Of a DNA stretch of 64,000 nt, positions 17,969-28,301 are shown piece by piece. Location: positions 19,840 through 83,839 of the forward strand of contig SHUG01000003.1 of the NCBI GenBank assembly GCA_009694735.1, written 5' to 3'. The notes beneath the pieces are model-generated. The model searched no databases, had not been told where the DNA came from, and worked only from the letters and a program-made list of their open reading frames with translations. Made by a program: the position numbers and the translations under genes. Position 1 is the stretch's first letter, and every line of letters starts with the position of its first letter. This DNA is from Acidobacteriota bacterium. Lineage in GTDB: Bacteria > Acidobacteriota > Vicinamibacteria > Vicinamibacterales > UBA2999.

Positions 17969-18762
17969 TGCGCCAGCCGCGCTCGGTCACCGCCATCGCC
18001 CTGCTCGTGGCACTGGTGTGGCTCGCATCCGAGGTCAGTGCGCAAATCCCGGTCATTGGCGGCGACAAGTTCCAGGGCCTGAAGTGGACCTTCGTTCGCA
18101 TCAAGTACGGTTCCTACCAGGGTGAAGGCGCCGCTCGAAATTCCCAATTGGCCTACTGGGATGAGCCCTGGGCGATCGATGCCCCGGCGGCCGAACAGAA
18201 TCTCTCACGCCGCATCAAGTCGGTGACCGCCATTGACGTGGGCGAGCCGCAGGTGATGACGCTTGATGACGAGAAGCTCTTCGAGTACCCGTGGATCTAC
18301 ATCGTCGAGCCCAGCAACCTGGTGCTGTCGGAGAAGGAAGTGCCGATCCTGCGCGAGTTCCTGCTGCGGGGTGGCACGCTCACGATGGACGACTTTCATG
18401 GTCCGTACGAGTGGGACCTGACCGTCCGCCAACTGCAGCGCGTGTTTCCGGATCGCGAGATTGTCGAGATCGCGCCGCCGCATGCGATTTACGACTGCTT
18501 CTATCGCCTCGAGAAGTATCCGCAGATTCCCGGCCTCGGTTCGTTTCTGAGCGGACGGACCTGGGAGAAGGGTGGCTTCGTCGCGCGGCTGCGCGGCATT
18601 CTGGATGACGCCGGCCGCCCCATGGTGCTGATTAACTGGAACACTGACATGGGCGACGGCGTGGAGTGGTCGAACGCGCAGGAATACCCGGGCTACATCA
18701 AGTGGACGGCGCAGGCCTACCAGATGCTCATCAATGAAGTGATTTATTCGCTGACACACTGA
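17968..18762 (+). CDS. DUF4159 domain protein
   Basis: FVRIKY, LFEYPWIY, LRGGTLTMDDFHG, NTDMGDG. Confidence 0.8.
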   Translation: MRQPRSVTAIALLVALVWLASEVSAQIPVIGGDKFQGLKWTFVRIKYGSYQGEGAARNSQLAYWDEPWAIDAPAAEQNLSRRIKSVTAIDVGEPQVMTLDDEKLFEYPWIYIVEPSNLVLSEKEVPILREFLLRGGTLTMDDFHGPYEWDLTVRQLQRVFPDREIVEIAPPHAIYDCFYRLEKYPQIPGLGSFLSGRTWEKGGFVARLRGILDDAGRPMVLINWNTDMGDGVEWSNAQEYPGYIKWTAQAYQMLINEVIYSLTH

Positions 18763-18768
18763 GGTCTC

Positions 18769-19779
18769 ATGAATCGGATGACGGACGTGGCTGTGGAAGG
18801 CCTGGCAGAACGGGTCGCCGGGAGCCGGCAGAAGATCCTGACCGAGCTGCGGAAGGTGATTGTCGGGCAGGACGACGTGGTGGACGAAGTGCTGATGGCG
18901 CTGTTTTGCGGCGGCCATTGCCTGATCACCGGCGTGCCCGGCCTGGCCAAGACACTGCTGGTCAAGACGCTCGCGCAAATCCTGGACCTCAAGTTCAAGC
19001 GGATCCAGTTCACGCCCGATTTGATGCCGGCCGACATCACCGGCACTGAAGTGCTGGACGAAGAGGGTGGGCATCGCTCCCTTCGCTTCGTCCACGGTCC
19101 GATCTTCGCGCAGATTATCCTGGCCGACGAAATCAACCGGACCCCGCCGAAGACCCAGGCGGCATTGCTCGAGGCCATGCAGGAGTACCACGTCACCGCC
19201 GCGGGCCGCACGTATCAACTGGAGCGGCCGTTCTTCGTGCTGGCGACGCAGAATCCGATCGAGCTCGAAGGCACCTATCCGCTGCCCGAAGCGCAGCTCG
19301 ATCGCTTCCTCTTCAACGTCGTGATGACCTACCTGTCGGAAGACGATGAAGTGCAGGTGGTGACCGACACCACGAGCACGAAGAAGGCTGAGCCGTCACG
19401 GGTGCTCGATGGGGCGGAGATTCTGGCCATCCAGGACTGCGTGCGCCAGGTGCTGGTGGCCGAGGAAATCGTACGCTACGCGGTGCGCCTGGCCGACAGC
19501 TCGCGCCCGGGCCGCGGCGCGAAGCTGGATTTCATCGAGAAGTGGGTGAAGTGGGGCGCCGGGCTGCGCGCCTCGCACGCGTTGGTCATCGGCGCCAAGG
19601 CGCGGGCGCTGCTGCATGGCCGCGTGCACGTCTCGGTGAAGGACATCCAGGCGCTGGCCAAGCCCATCCTGCGGCACCGCGTCCTGCCGAATTTCTATGC
19701 CGAGGCCGAAGGCATTACGCCGGATCGCATTGTCGATCAACTGCTGGATGCCGTGCCGGTGCCTGCCAGCGGGTTGTAA
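18769..19779 (+). CDS. moxR: MoxR-family AAA+ ATPase
   Basis: GVPGLAKT, RIQFTPDLMPAD, LADEINRTPPKTQ, ATQNPIELEGTYPLPEAQLDRF. Confidence 0.95.
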   Translation: MNRMTDVAVEGLAERVAGSRQKILTELRKVIVGQDDVVDEVLMALFCGGHCLITGVPGLAKTLLVKTLAQILDLKFKRIQFTPDLMPADITGTEVLDEEGGHRSLRFVHGPIFAQIILADEINRTPPKTQAALLEAMQEYHVTAAGRTYQLERPFFVLATQNPIELEGTYPLPEAQLDRFLFNVVMTYLSEDDEVQVVTDTTSTKKAEPSRVLDGAEILAIQDCVRQVLVAEEIVRYAVRLADSSRPGRGAKLDFIEKWVKWGAGLRASHALVIGAKARALLHGRVHVSVKDIQALAKPILRHRVLPNFYAEAEGITPDRIVDQLLDAVPVPASGL

Positions 19780-19782
19780 GCC

Positions 19783-20673
19783 ATGGGTGAGGCACGGTTC
19801 CTCGACCCGGCGATCGTCGCGCGACTCGGCACGATCGACCTGAAGGCGCGGACCATCGTCGAAGGATTCCTGACCGGGCTGCATCGCAGCCCGTACAAAG
19901 GATTCAGCGTCGAGTTCGCCGAGTACCGTCAGTACCTGCCCGGTGACGACCTGGCCACCCTCGACTGGAAGGTCTACGCGCGGTCGGATCGCCACTTCGT
20001 CAAGAAGTACGAAGAGGAAACCAACCTCACCTGCCACCTGCTGCTCGACGTCAGCGCCTCGATGGGCTATGGCTCTGGCCCGGTCACGAAGCTGCAGTAC
20101 GGTTCGTACCTGGCGGGGGCCCTGGCGTACCTGATGAACCGCCAGCGTGACGCCTTCGGCCTGGTCGCCTTCGACGCCGGCATCACGTCGCTGGTGCCGG
20201 CCAGTGCGCGCACTGGCCACCTGCGTGCCGTGCTGCTCGCGCTGGAGCGCCTGAAGCTCGGCGCGCACACCAACGTCGCCAAGCCGCTGCACGACCTGGC
20301 GGCGGCCGTCCGCCGGCGGGGTCTCGTCGTGCTGGTGTCCGACCTGCTCGACGATCCGCAGCAGGTGCTCGACGGATTGAAGCACTTCCGCTATCGCGGC
20401 ACCGACGTGGTCGTGTTTCAGGTCCTCGATCCCTTTGAACTGAAGTTCCCGTTCGAGCAGGCCGCGCGCTTCCGGGACATGGAAACCGCCGATGAGGTGA
20501 TGGCGGTGCCGGCGGCGGTTCGCCGGGACTACCTCGACCGGATGCAGGCGATGATTGCGCACTACAAGCGCGAACTGGCCCTGGTGGGCATCGACCACTG
20601 CCTGCTCGACACGTCACAGCCACTCGAGCTTGGGCTGATGGCGTACCTGATGACGCGCCGCCGGATGCCGTGA
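19783..20673 (+). CDS. DUF58 (vWA-like) protein
   Basis: GLHRSPYKGFSVEFAEYRQYLPGDD, LLDVSASM. Confidence 0.92.
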   Translation: MGEARFLDPAIVARLGTIDLKARTIVEGFLTGLHRSPYKGFSVEFAEYRQYLPGDDLATLDWKVYARSDRHFVKKYEEETNLTCHLLLDVSASMGYGSGPVTKLQYGSYLAGALAYLMNRQRDAFGLVAFDAGITSLVPASARTGHLRAVLLALERLKLGAHTNVAKPLHDLAAAVRRRGLVVLVSDLLDDPQQVLDGLKHFRYRGTDVVVFQVLDPFELKFPFEQAARFRDMETADEVMAVPAAVRRDYLDRMQAMIAHYKRELALVGIDHCLLDTSQPLELGLMAYLMTRRRMP

Positions 20674-22553
20674 TGTTCGGCGTGTCCTTTCTCGCACCGT
20701 TGTTCTTGATTGGCGCGCTGGCCGCGGCGGTGCCAATCCTGCTGCACCTGTTCCATCGCAAGACCGACGTCGTGATCGACTTTCCGTCGGTCAGGCTGTT
20801 GACGCGCGCGCCGGTGCAGCAGCATCGCCGCCGGCAACTGCGGGAGCTGATCCTGCTGGCGCTGCGGGTGGCCGCGCTGATTTTGCTGGCGGTGTCGTTT
20901 GCCCGCCCGTACGTAGCCGGCGCTGCCGCGCCAGTGTCAGCGCCGGTGACCGTGGTGCTTCTTGATACCTCGATGAGCCTGTCGGCGCCTGGGCAGTTTG
21001 CCAGCGCGCAGAAAGCCGCGTCGCAGGCCGTGCAGTCGGCGCCCGCCTCGGATGCCGTGGCACTGATCACCTTCGCGGATTCGGCCACCGTCACGGTGCC
21101 GCCGACATCGGATCGCGGTGCCGTGTTGGCCGCTATCGCTGCCGCCGCCGCTGGCGCCGGCGGCACGCGCTACCGCACGGCGCTGGCGAGCGCGAGCGAA
21201 GTGATCGGGGCGCGCGAGGCACGGGTCGTCATCGTCACCGACCTGCAGCAGGCTGGTTGGGAAGCGAATGACGATGGCGGGATTCCGGACGGCGTGGACG
21301 TGCGAGTGGTGGCCGTGGCAGGTCCGCGCGGCAACCTCGCGGTCACCTCCGCGAGCAGGCGCGACCAGGTCGTGATCGCCACCGTGCAGAACTACGGCGC
21401 CGACGAGGCGCGGGCGGCCGTGCAGCTGATGGTGGAAGGGAAGGAAGTTACCCAAACCACCGCGGTCATGGCGCCGTTTGCTGCCGCCGAGGTCGAACTT
21501 CGTGGCGGGTTCGGCGAAGCCGGAACGGCGCGGGTCGTGATCGAGGATGCCACCGGCTACCAGCCCGACAACGCGCGCTTTCTGCCCCTGGATCCACCTC
21601 CGGCGGTGCCGATCGCCGCGCTGGTGGCCGATCCATCCGGTGCGACCGGCGGCATTTACATCGAACGCGCGTTGTCGGTGGCCGACGAAGGCCCCGAGTT
21701 CGCGGTAACCGTGGCCGATGGCCGCGTGCTGTCGGAGTGGACGACCGCAGAGATGTCACGGTACGCCGCGTTGGTGATTCTCGGCACGCGCACGCTCGAC
21801 CGCGGCGGCCGCGCGCTCGTGAAGGCTTACCTGGCGGGCGGCGGCCAGGTGCTGCTCACGTTGGGACCCGATGTCGATCCCGGAACCCTGGGTGATGTCA
21901 TTGGCGCGGACCTCGGCGTGGTGCCGGCGCCGGTGCGTGCACCAGGCGCAACCCTGGTGGCCAGCGACAGCCGGCATCCCATCTTTCGTCCGTTTCTCAT
22001 CCCTTCTGGTGCGCTCGGAGACGTCCAGGTCGACCAATACCGGCGTCTCAAGGATCAGGAAGGCCGGACGGTGCTGGCGCGACTCACGGGCGGGGATGCC
22101 GCGCTGACCGAACAGGTCGTGGGCCAGGGGCGATTGCTGGTGTTCGTGTCGGACCTCGACAACCAGTGGAGCCGCTTTCCCTTGCAGCCGTCGTTTGTGC
22201 CGTTCGCCGTCGAAACCGCGCGCTACCTGACGCACGGACGGCAACTGCGGCAGCAGTTGACACTGCCCGAGGTGCCCGCCGGCGCGGCGATGGCGCCGGG
22301 GGTCGTGACGACGGGCGAAGGCGCCGCGGCGCGCCGAATGGTGGTGAATGTGGACGTCCGCGAGTCGAGCCCGGCGGCGACCACGGTGGAGGAGTTTACT
22401 AACGACATCAGCCGCACCAACCGATCCGATCAGCGCGCGCCGGTGAACGTGGCGCGCGAGGTCGAAGAGCGGCAGCGGTGGTGGCAGGTGGGATTGCTCG
22501 TGATGCTGGTCGCGCTGGCCGGCGAAGCGCTCGTTGGCCGCCGCGCCGCGTGA
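20673..22553 (+). CDS. BatA + vWA domain membrane protein
   Basis: PILLHL...FPS...FARP BatA N-terminus; DTSMS MIDAS; C-terminal TM helix. Confidence 0.85.
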   Translation: MFGVSFLAPLFLIGALAAAVPILLHLFHRKTDVVIDFPSVRLLTRAPVQQHRRRQLRELILLALRVAALILLAVSFARPYVAGAAAPVSAPVTVVLLDTSMSLSAPGQFASAQKAASQAVQSAPASDAVALITFADSATVTVPPTSDRGAVLAAIAAAAAGAGGTRYRTALASASEVIGAREARVVIVTDLQQAGWEANDDGGIPDGVDVRVVAVAGPRGNLAVTSASRRDQVVIATVQNYGADEARAAVQLMVEGKEVTQTTAVMAPFAAAEVELRGGFGEAGTARVVIEDATGYQPDNARFLPLDPPPAVPIAALVADPSGATGGIYIERALSVADEGPEFAVTVADGRVLSEWTTAEMSRYAALVILGTRTLDRGGRALVKAYLAGGGQVLLTLGPDVDPGTLGDVIGADLGVVPAPVRAPGATLVASDSRHPIFRPFLIPSGALGDVQVDQYRRLKDQEGRTVLARLTGGDAALTEQVVGQGRLLVFVSDLDNQWSRFPLQPSFVPFAVETARYLTHGRQLRQQLTLPEVPAGAAMAPGVVTTGEGAAARRMVVNVDVRESSPAATTVEEFTNDISRTNRSDQRAPVNVAREVEERQRWWQVGLLVMLVALAGEALVGRRAA

Positions 22554-22559
22554 GCTAGG

Positions 22560-25500
22560 ATGAACACAGACAGGCCCATGACCGACCGGTTCGCTGAGCT
22601 ACGGACCATTCTCGCGGATGTCAGGGCGCGCTGGACGCGTCGCGCGTTGCTGCGCGCATGGACGCTCGGCGCGGTCACGGCTGCGGCCATGCTGATGGTG
22701 GGCCTGCTGGCCGTTTGGCTGGTGGCCCGCGAAGGTGTGCCGCTGGTGCTCGCGGTGACTGCCGTGAGCGTGGTCGCCATGATCGCGCTGGTGTTCGCGC
22801 TGCTGCCGCTGCGGCAGCCGCCGTCAGATCAGCAGGTCGCCCGTTTCATCGAAGAACAATCCGGCGGCCTGGACGATGTGCTGGTGACAGCGGTGGAGAA
22901 GGGCCGTGCCGGACCGTCGCCGATAACCGACCTGCTGGTGGCCGACGCCGTGCGGACCGCGCGGTCGCTGCCGCTCGACTCGATCGTCAGCGCCGCGACG
23001 GTGAGGCGCGCCCTGGCGGGTGCGACGCTGGCCAGCCTGACATTGCTGATGTCGCTGGTGTTCTTCGCGCCGTCCGCGGGCCGTGCCGTCGACGTGGTCG
23101 GCAGTTACCTGTTTCCGACGCGCTACGTCATCGAGGTGGCGCCAGGCTCGGTGAAAGTGCGAGTGGGCCAGCCGCTGACGGTGGTCGCGCGAATTGCCGG
23201 CATTGATGGCGGGCTGGTGCCCGACCTCACGGTCGGCAGTGGCGAGGCCGCGCGCTCCGCGCGCATGGCCCCGGGCGCGGCGGCCGGTGAGTTCACGTTC
23301 ATGTTGAACAACATCGAGACCTCGTTCCCGTACCTGGTTTCGGTCGGCGCCGTGCAATCAGCACAGTTCCAGGTCGACGTGATCCGCCCGGTTCGCGTGG
23401 CGCGCGTGGATGTGCGCTACGAGTATCCCAAGGGCGTTGGCCTGGCGCCCCAGACCGAGCAGGACACTGGCGACATCTACGCGCCTGCTGGCACGAAGGC
23501 CTACCTCACCATCACCACCGACAAGGCCGTGACGCACGGCCAACTCACTCTCTCGGACGGCGCGGTCGTGGCGATTGAAGGCACTGACACCGTGTTATCG
23601 GCCGCCCTGACCGTGGCGAAGGACAGCTCCTATCGTATTGCGCTGAATGACATCGACGGGCTGTCGAGCGAGGGTACGGAATATTTCATTCGGATGCTGA
23701 ACGATCGGCCGCCCGACGTGCGCATTTTGCGACCGGCCGTCGACCGGCACGTGTCGCCGCTCGAAGAGGTGGCGATCGAAGCGCGGGCAGACGACGACTA
23801 CGGCGTGCAGTCGCTGGAGTTGGTGTTCAAGACCTCGGGTGGAAAACAGACCGTAGTGCCGCTCGGACAACCGATTACGGGTTCAATGGCGGCTGGCGCC
23901 CATACGGTCTACCTCGAAGACCTGCGCGTGTCGCCCGGCGACTTCGTGACCTACTACGCCCGCGCGCGCGATGTCGGCCGGGGACGGCGCGCCACCGAGG
24001 CACGCAGCGACATCTTTTTTCTGGAAGTGAAGCCGTACGAAGAAGAGTTCACCGCCTCCGAGAGCCAGGCCATGGGCGGCATGCAGGGCGAGCAGACCGG
24101 ACTCGAAGAGCTGGTGGCCGAGCAGAAGGACATTATCGCCGCCACCTGGAAGCTCGACGCGCGCGCCCGCCGCGCGCGCGCTGCGCGCGCTGACGGCGAC
24201 ATCAAAGCCGTCGCGGTGGCCCAAGCCGGCGTCAGGGAGAAGGCCGAGGAGATTGCCGGCGACCTGTCGGCCGCTGCGCTCGCGCAACAACGGCGGCGGC
24301 GCGGCGCGCAGCCCGGCCTGTCGCGCGCCGGCACCGAGGATCCCATCGCCCAGGCGGTCACCGCCATGGGCCAGGCCGTGACCGAACTCGATCGCTTCAG
24401 TACCGCGAAAGCGTTGCCGTTCGAAGAGGCCGCGCTCGGCAGCCTGTTGAAGGCCCAGGCCGAGATTCGTCGCCGGCAGGTCGCCATGCAGCAGGCCCAG
24501 GGCGGCGGTGGCAACGGCAACCGGCAGTCGCTCGACCTGTCGACGTTGTTCGAGCAGGAACTGCGCAAGCGCCAGCAGACCAACTACGAGACGCCGTCCA
24601 CGAGCGAGACGCGGGCGGAGGCAGCCAAGCCGGATGAGGATCCGCTGGCCGGCATTCGCGAATTGGCCCGTCGGCAAGAGGCGCTGGCACGCCAGCAGCG
24701 AGAGCTGGCCAAGAATCAACCGGGGCTGACGGCGGAGGAGATCAAGCGGCAACTCGAACGCCTGACCCGCGATCAGAGTGAGCTGCGGAAGCAGGCAGAA
24801 GAGCTCTCCAAACAACCGCAACAGCGGGGCGGGCAGGGCGGGCAAGGCTCGCCGGCCGAAGGCCAGAAGCTGCGCGACATTGCGGATGAGATGCGCAACG
24901 CCGAGGGCGATCTGCGCCGGCAAGACCCGCAACAGGCGAGCGCCCGCGGCGATCGGGCGTCGCAGCAACTGCGGCGTCTTGAACAGCAAATGCAAGGGAC
25001 GCGGCCCGACGAACGTCGCCGCGCGATCGGCGATCTCCAGATGGAGGCGCGGCAGCTCGCGGAGGCTGAGCGCCGGTTGGGAAACGAGGCGAAGCGGACG
25101 AGTGCCGGCAATGCTGGTGAAGATGCTCGCCGCCGCCTGGCGGCGGAACAGGAGCGGCTGGCGGCCCGCACCGACCGTCTGGGTCAGTCCGTCCGCCAAC
25201 TGGCCGGCGGCACCGCCGGCGCCGAGGCGGCCGATCGCCAGGCCATGTCGGAGGCGTCGCGTGAACTCGATCGCCAGAAGCTTGCCGATCGCATGCGGCA
25301 GTCGGCGCAGGTGATGCGACAGCCCCAGGCTGCAGGCGAGGGTGACGCAGCCACGCCGGATGAACTCGGGCGTGCCCTCGACAAGGTCGCCGAACGCCTG
25401 GGTGCCGCCACTGGCGCGCAAGATGGCGAGGCCGGCAAGCTGTCGGATCAATTGGCGCGCACGCAGGAATTGCGCGACCGCCTGACTGAACTGCAGCGCA

Positions 25501-25967
25501 CCATGGATGCCCTGGTCCGGGCCGGCGCATCGCCCGAGGGTCAACCACCAGGCCAACCAGGTGCCACCGGGCAGCCGGGCAGCGCTGAAGGGGGCCGCGG
25601 CGAGTCGGTGCCACGCCTGCAGCGCGACGCCGACAATCAGTTGAGAGAGGCACGGAAGCTCGTCGATGAAGTGCAGCGCGAGAATCCGCAAATGTCCGGC
25701 GGCACCACGCCCGAGCAGTGGTCTCGCAGCGTTTCCGCGCCAGGCACCGAAGCCTTCAAGCAGGACTTCGCCCACTGGGAGTCGCTCAAGAAGAGCCTGT
25801 TGGTGGCCCTCGACCGCACCGAATCGCAGTTATCGGACCGGTTGCGCACGCGAGAGAACAAGGAGCGGCTGAATGCCGGCCGGCACGACGCCGTGTCTGA
25901 GACCTATCGCAAGCTGGTGGATCGCTATTACCAGGCGCTGGCCGCGCCACGAAAGCCCAACCGGTAG
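22560..25967 (+). CDS. Large membrane-anchored coiled-coil protein (DUF4175-like)
   Basis: N-terminal TMs, Ig-like region (DDDYGV, PGDFVTYYARA), Gln-rich coiled coils, YRKLVDRYYQAL C-terminus. Confidence 0.7.
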   Translation: MNTDRPMTDRFAELRTILADVRARWTRRALLRAWTLGAVTAAAMLMVGLLAVWLVAREGVPLVLAVTAVSVVAMIALVFALLPLRQPPSDQQVARFIEEQSGGLDDVLVTAVEKGRAGPSPITDLLVADAVRTARSLPLDSIVSAATVRRALAGATLASLTLLMSLVFFAPSAGRAVDVVGSYLFPTRYVIEVAPGSVKVRVGQPLTVVARIAGIDGGLVPDLTVGSGEAARSARMAPGAAAGEFTFMLNNIETSFPYLVSVGAVQSAQFQVDVIRPVRVARVDVRYEYPKGVGLAPQTEQDTGDIYAPAGTKAYLTITTDKAVTHGQLTLSDGAVVAIEGTDTVLSAALTVAKDSSYRIALNDIDGLSSEGTEYFIRMLNDRPPDVRILRPAVDRHVSPLEEVAIEARADDDYGVQSLELVFKTSGGKQTVVPLGQPITGSMAAGAHTVYLEDLRVSPGDFVTYYARARDVGRGRRATEARSDIFFLEVKPYEEEFTASESQAMGGMQGEQTGLEELVAEQKDIIAATWKLDARARRARAARADGDIKAVAVAQAGVREKAEEIAGDLSAAALAQQRRRRGAQPGLSRAGTEDPIAQAVTAMGQAVTELDRFSTAKALPFEEAALGSLLKAQAEIRRRQVAMQQAQGGGGNGNRQSLDLSTLFEQELRKRQQTNYETPSTSETRAEAAKPDEDPLAGIRELARRQEALARQQRELAKNQPGLTAEEIKRQLERLTRDQSELRKQAEELSKQPQQRGGQGGQGSPAEGQKLRDIADEMRNAEGDLRRQDPQQASARGDRASQQLRRLEQQMQGTRPDERRRAIGDLQMEARQLAEAERRLGNEAKRTSAGNAGEDARRRLAAEQERLAARTDRLGQSVRQLAGGTAGAEAADRQAMSEASRELDRQKLADRMRQSAQVMRQPQAAGEGDAATPDELGRALDKVAERLGAATGAQDGEAGKLSDQLARTQELRDRLTELQRTMDALVRAGASPEGQPPGQPGATGQPGSAEGGRGESVPRLQRDADNQLREARKLVDEVQRENPQMSGGTTPEQWSRSVSAPGTEAFKQDFAHWESLKKSLLVALDRTESQLSDRLRTRENKERLNAGRHDAVSETYRKLVDRYYQALAAPRKPNR

Positions 25968-25992
25968 GCCGTCGAAATAGGGTGATGCGCCC

Positions 25993-28215
25993 ATGAGGTT
26001 CGCCATCGTCCTCCCATGGTGGGGCTACGCGCTGCTGTTCGGCGGCGCGCTGGCTCTCGCCTGGCTGGCCTACGCCCGCGTGCCCATCGCCCTGACCCGC
26101 GCCATGCGGCTGTCGCTGTCGGGATTGCGTGCGGTCACGCTCGTCCTGCTGATCGCGATCTTGCTGCGTCCCGTGGTGTTGGTGCCGCCGGCGGCCGCGC
26201 GCAACAGCCTGTTACCGGTACTGGTGGATATCTCGCGCAGCATGCGGCTGACTGACGGCGATGGGGTATCGCGTCTCGACCGCGCACGGGCGATCGTTCG
26301 TGACCTGCAGGCGCAGGTGGCGGACGAGTACCGAATCGAGCTGCTGACCTTCGGCGAGGCCCTCGCACCCGGCAACGTCGATGAGATGGCCGCGACCGCG
26401 CGGCGCAGCGACCTGAGTGGCGCACTCAACGACCTGGCCGATCGCCACCGGCGAGAGCGGGTGGCCGGTGTCATCGTGCTGTCTGACGGCGGGGACACCT
26501 CGCCGCGGGAACGCGACGCGGTTGTGCGGATGGTGGATGCGCCGGTGCTGGCGGTCGGCATGGGCCGCGCCGAGACGTCCCGCGATCGCGAAGTGCTCAA
26601 CCTCACGGCCGGCGAGCCGCTGCTGGCTGGCGCCTCGATCGACCTCAGCGTCTCGGCCATCAGCGCCGGGTTTGGCACCGACCCCGTCGAGCTGCGCATC
26701 AGCGCCAATGGCCGGCCCATCGAGGTGCGGCGGGTGACGCCGACCGCCGATGGCGCGCCGATCCATGAAGTGTTCATGGTGTCACCAACGCCCGACTCGG
26801 CCACGGTGTATGCGATCGAGATTCCCGCCGCCGATGGCGAGCTGTCGGCCGAGAACAACGTTCGCAGCGTGCTGGTGCCCGCGCAGACGGGGCGCCGCAA
26901 GATCCTGATGGTGGAGGGCGCGCCAGGTTACGAGCACACCTTTCTGAAGCGGGCGCTCGCCCAGGACCCCGGCCTCGACGTCGACGCCGTGGTGCGCAAG
27001 GGTCAGAACGACGATGGGCGGGACACGTTTTATGTGCAGGCGGCGCCGGGGCGGGTCGCGGCGTTGGCGAGCGGGTTCCCCGCCAAGCGCTCGGAACTGT
27101 TCGTCTATGACGCCATTATCTTCGGCAACATCGAAGCCGATTTCTTCACCCGCGAACAGCTGGAGTTGACGTCGGCATTCGTGGCCGAGCGCGGCGGCGG
27201 GTTGCTGGTGCTCGGCGCCCGATCCTTTGACCGACAGGGATTGTCGGGCACACCGCTCGACCAAGTGCTGCCGATCGATCTCACCGATCGCCGCGCGACG
27301 ATCGCCCTGGCCTCGAGCCCGCGTGACACCGCGCCCCCCAACTCGTCGGCGTTGACGGCCGATGGCGCGCGACATCCGGCCACCCGCCTGGCGGTCACCA
27401 CGGCAGAGAGCCGGCAACGGTGGGCCCAATTGCCCGCGCTGGCTTCGGTGGCGCCGATCGGCGGTCCCCGCCCTGGTGCGCAGGTATTGGTAGTGGCCAC
27501 TGGCGGTGATGGCGTGACGCAGCCGTTGATCGCGGCCCAGCGCTACGGTCAGGGCCGGTCGCTGGTGTTTGCCGGCGAGGCGTCGTGGCGCTGGCGCATG
27601 ATGCGGCCGGCGACGGATCACAGTTACGAGACCATCTGGCGGCAACTAGCGCGCTGGATTACCGCCGGCTCGGCGGCGCCGGTGGCGATTGCGGCGATGA
27701 CGCCGACCGTGCCTGGCGTAACCGAGCGCATTTCGGTCACGGTTCGCAACCAAGAGTTCGCCCCCGTCGCCAATGCCGAAGTGTCGCTGGCCGTGACCGC
27801 ACCCAACGGCGAGGCCCGGTTGCTGACGCCCGCGCTGTCGAGCCCCCAGGATGGGCGCTATGCGGTCGCCGCGCGATTCGACCAGCCTGGCGTCTACCGC
27901 CTGGATGCGACCGCGACTCGCGCCGGGGTGCGCATCGGTGCCGCATCGCGGCAGGTCCTGGTCGGCGGCGCCGACCAGGAGATGGCGCAGCCACGACTGA
28001 ACGACGCCGTGCTGAAACGGCTGGCTGCGGAAACGAGCGGCCGCTACTTGCCGGCCGACCGCGCCGGAGAACTGCCAGCGTTGCTGCGAGAATCGCGGGT
28101 TGACGCTGGGGTGCCCGAACCACGCGACCTCTGGCACAATGGCGGGAGCTTTCTCGCGCTGGTCGCCCTGCTGGGCGCCGAGTGGCTATTACGTAGACGA
28201 GCAGGGCTCGCGTGA
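25993..28215 (+). CDS. vWA + glutamine-amidotransferase-like membrane protein
   Basis: DISRSM, VLSDG, FVAERGGGLLVLG, YGQGRS, SWRWRM, EWLLRRR. Confidence 0.8.
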   Translation: MRFAIVLPWWGYALLFGGALALAWLAYARVPIALTRAMRLSLSGLRAVTLVLLIAILLRPVVLVPPAAARNSLLPVLVDISRSMRLTDGDGVSRLDRARAIVRDLQAQVADEYRIELLTFGEALAPGNVDEMAATARRSDLSGALNDLADRHRRERVAGVIVLSDGGDTSPRERDAVVRMVDAPVLAVGMGRAETSRDREVLNLTAGEPLLAGASIDLSVSAISAGFGTDPVELRISANGRPIEVRRVTPTADGAPIHEVFMVSPTPDSATVYAIEIPAADGELSAENNVRSVLVPAQTGRRKILMVEGAPGYEHTFLKRALAQDPGLDVDAVVRKGQNDDGRDTFYVQAAPGRVAALASGFPAKRSELFVYDAIIFGNIEADFFTREQLELTSAFVAERGGGLLVLGARSFDRQGLSGTPLDQVLPIDLTDRRATIALASSPRDTAPPNSSALTADGARHPATRLAVTTAESRQRWAQLPALASVAPIGGPRPGAQVLVVATGGDGVTQPLIAAQRYGQGRSLVFAGEASWRWRMMRPATDHSYETIWRQLARWITAGSAAPVAIAAMTPTVPGVTERISVTVRNQEFAPVANAEVSLAVTAPNGEARLLTPALSSPQDGRYAVAARFDQPGVYRLDATATRAGVRIGAASRQVLVGGADQEMAQPRLNDAVLKRLAAETSGRYLPADRAGELPALLRESRVDAGVPEPRDLWHNGGSFLALVALLGAEWLLRRRAGLA

Positions 28216-28301
28216 CACCGATGATACCGACCAAGACAGCTGGGCCCCAGACCTGTCCGCCGAAGCGCGTAGCGCGAAGGTGGATGACGCAGATTACTCA
28301 G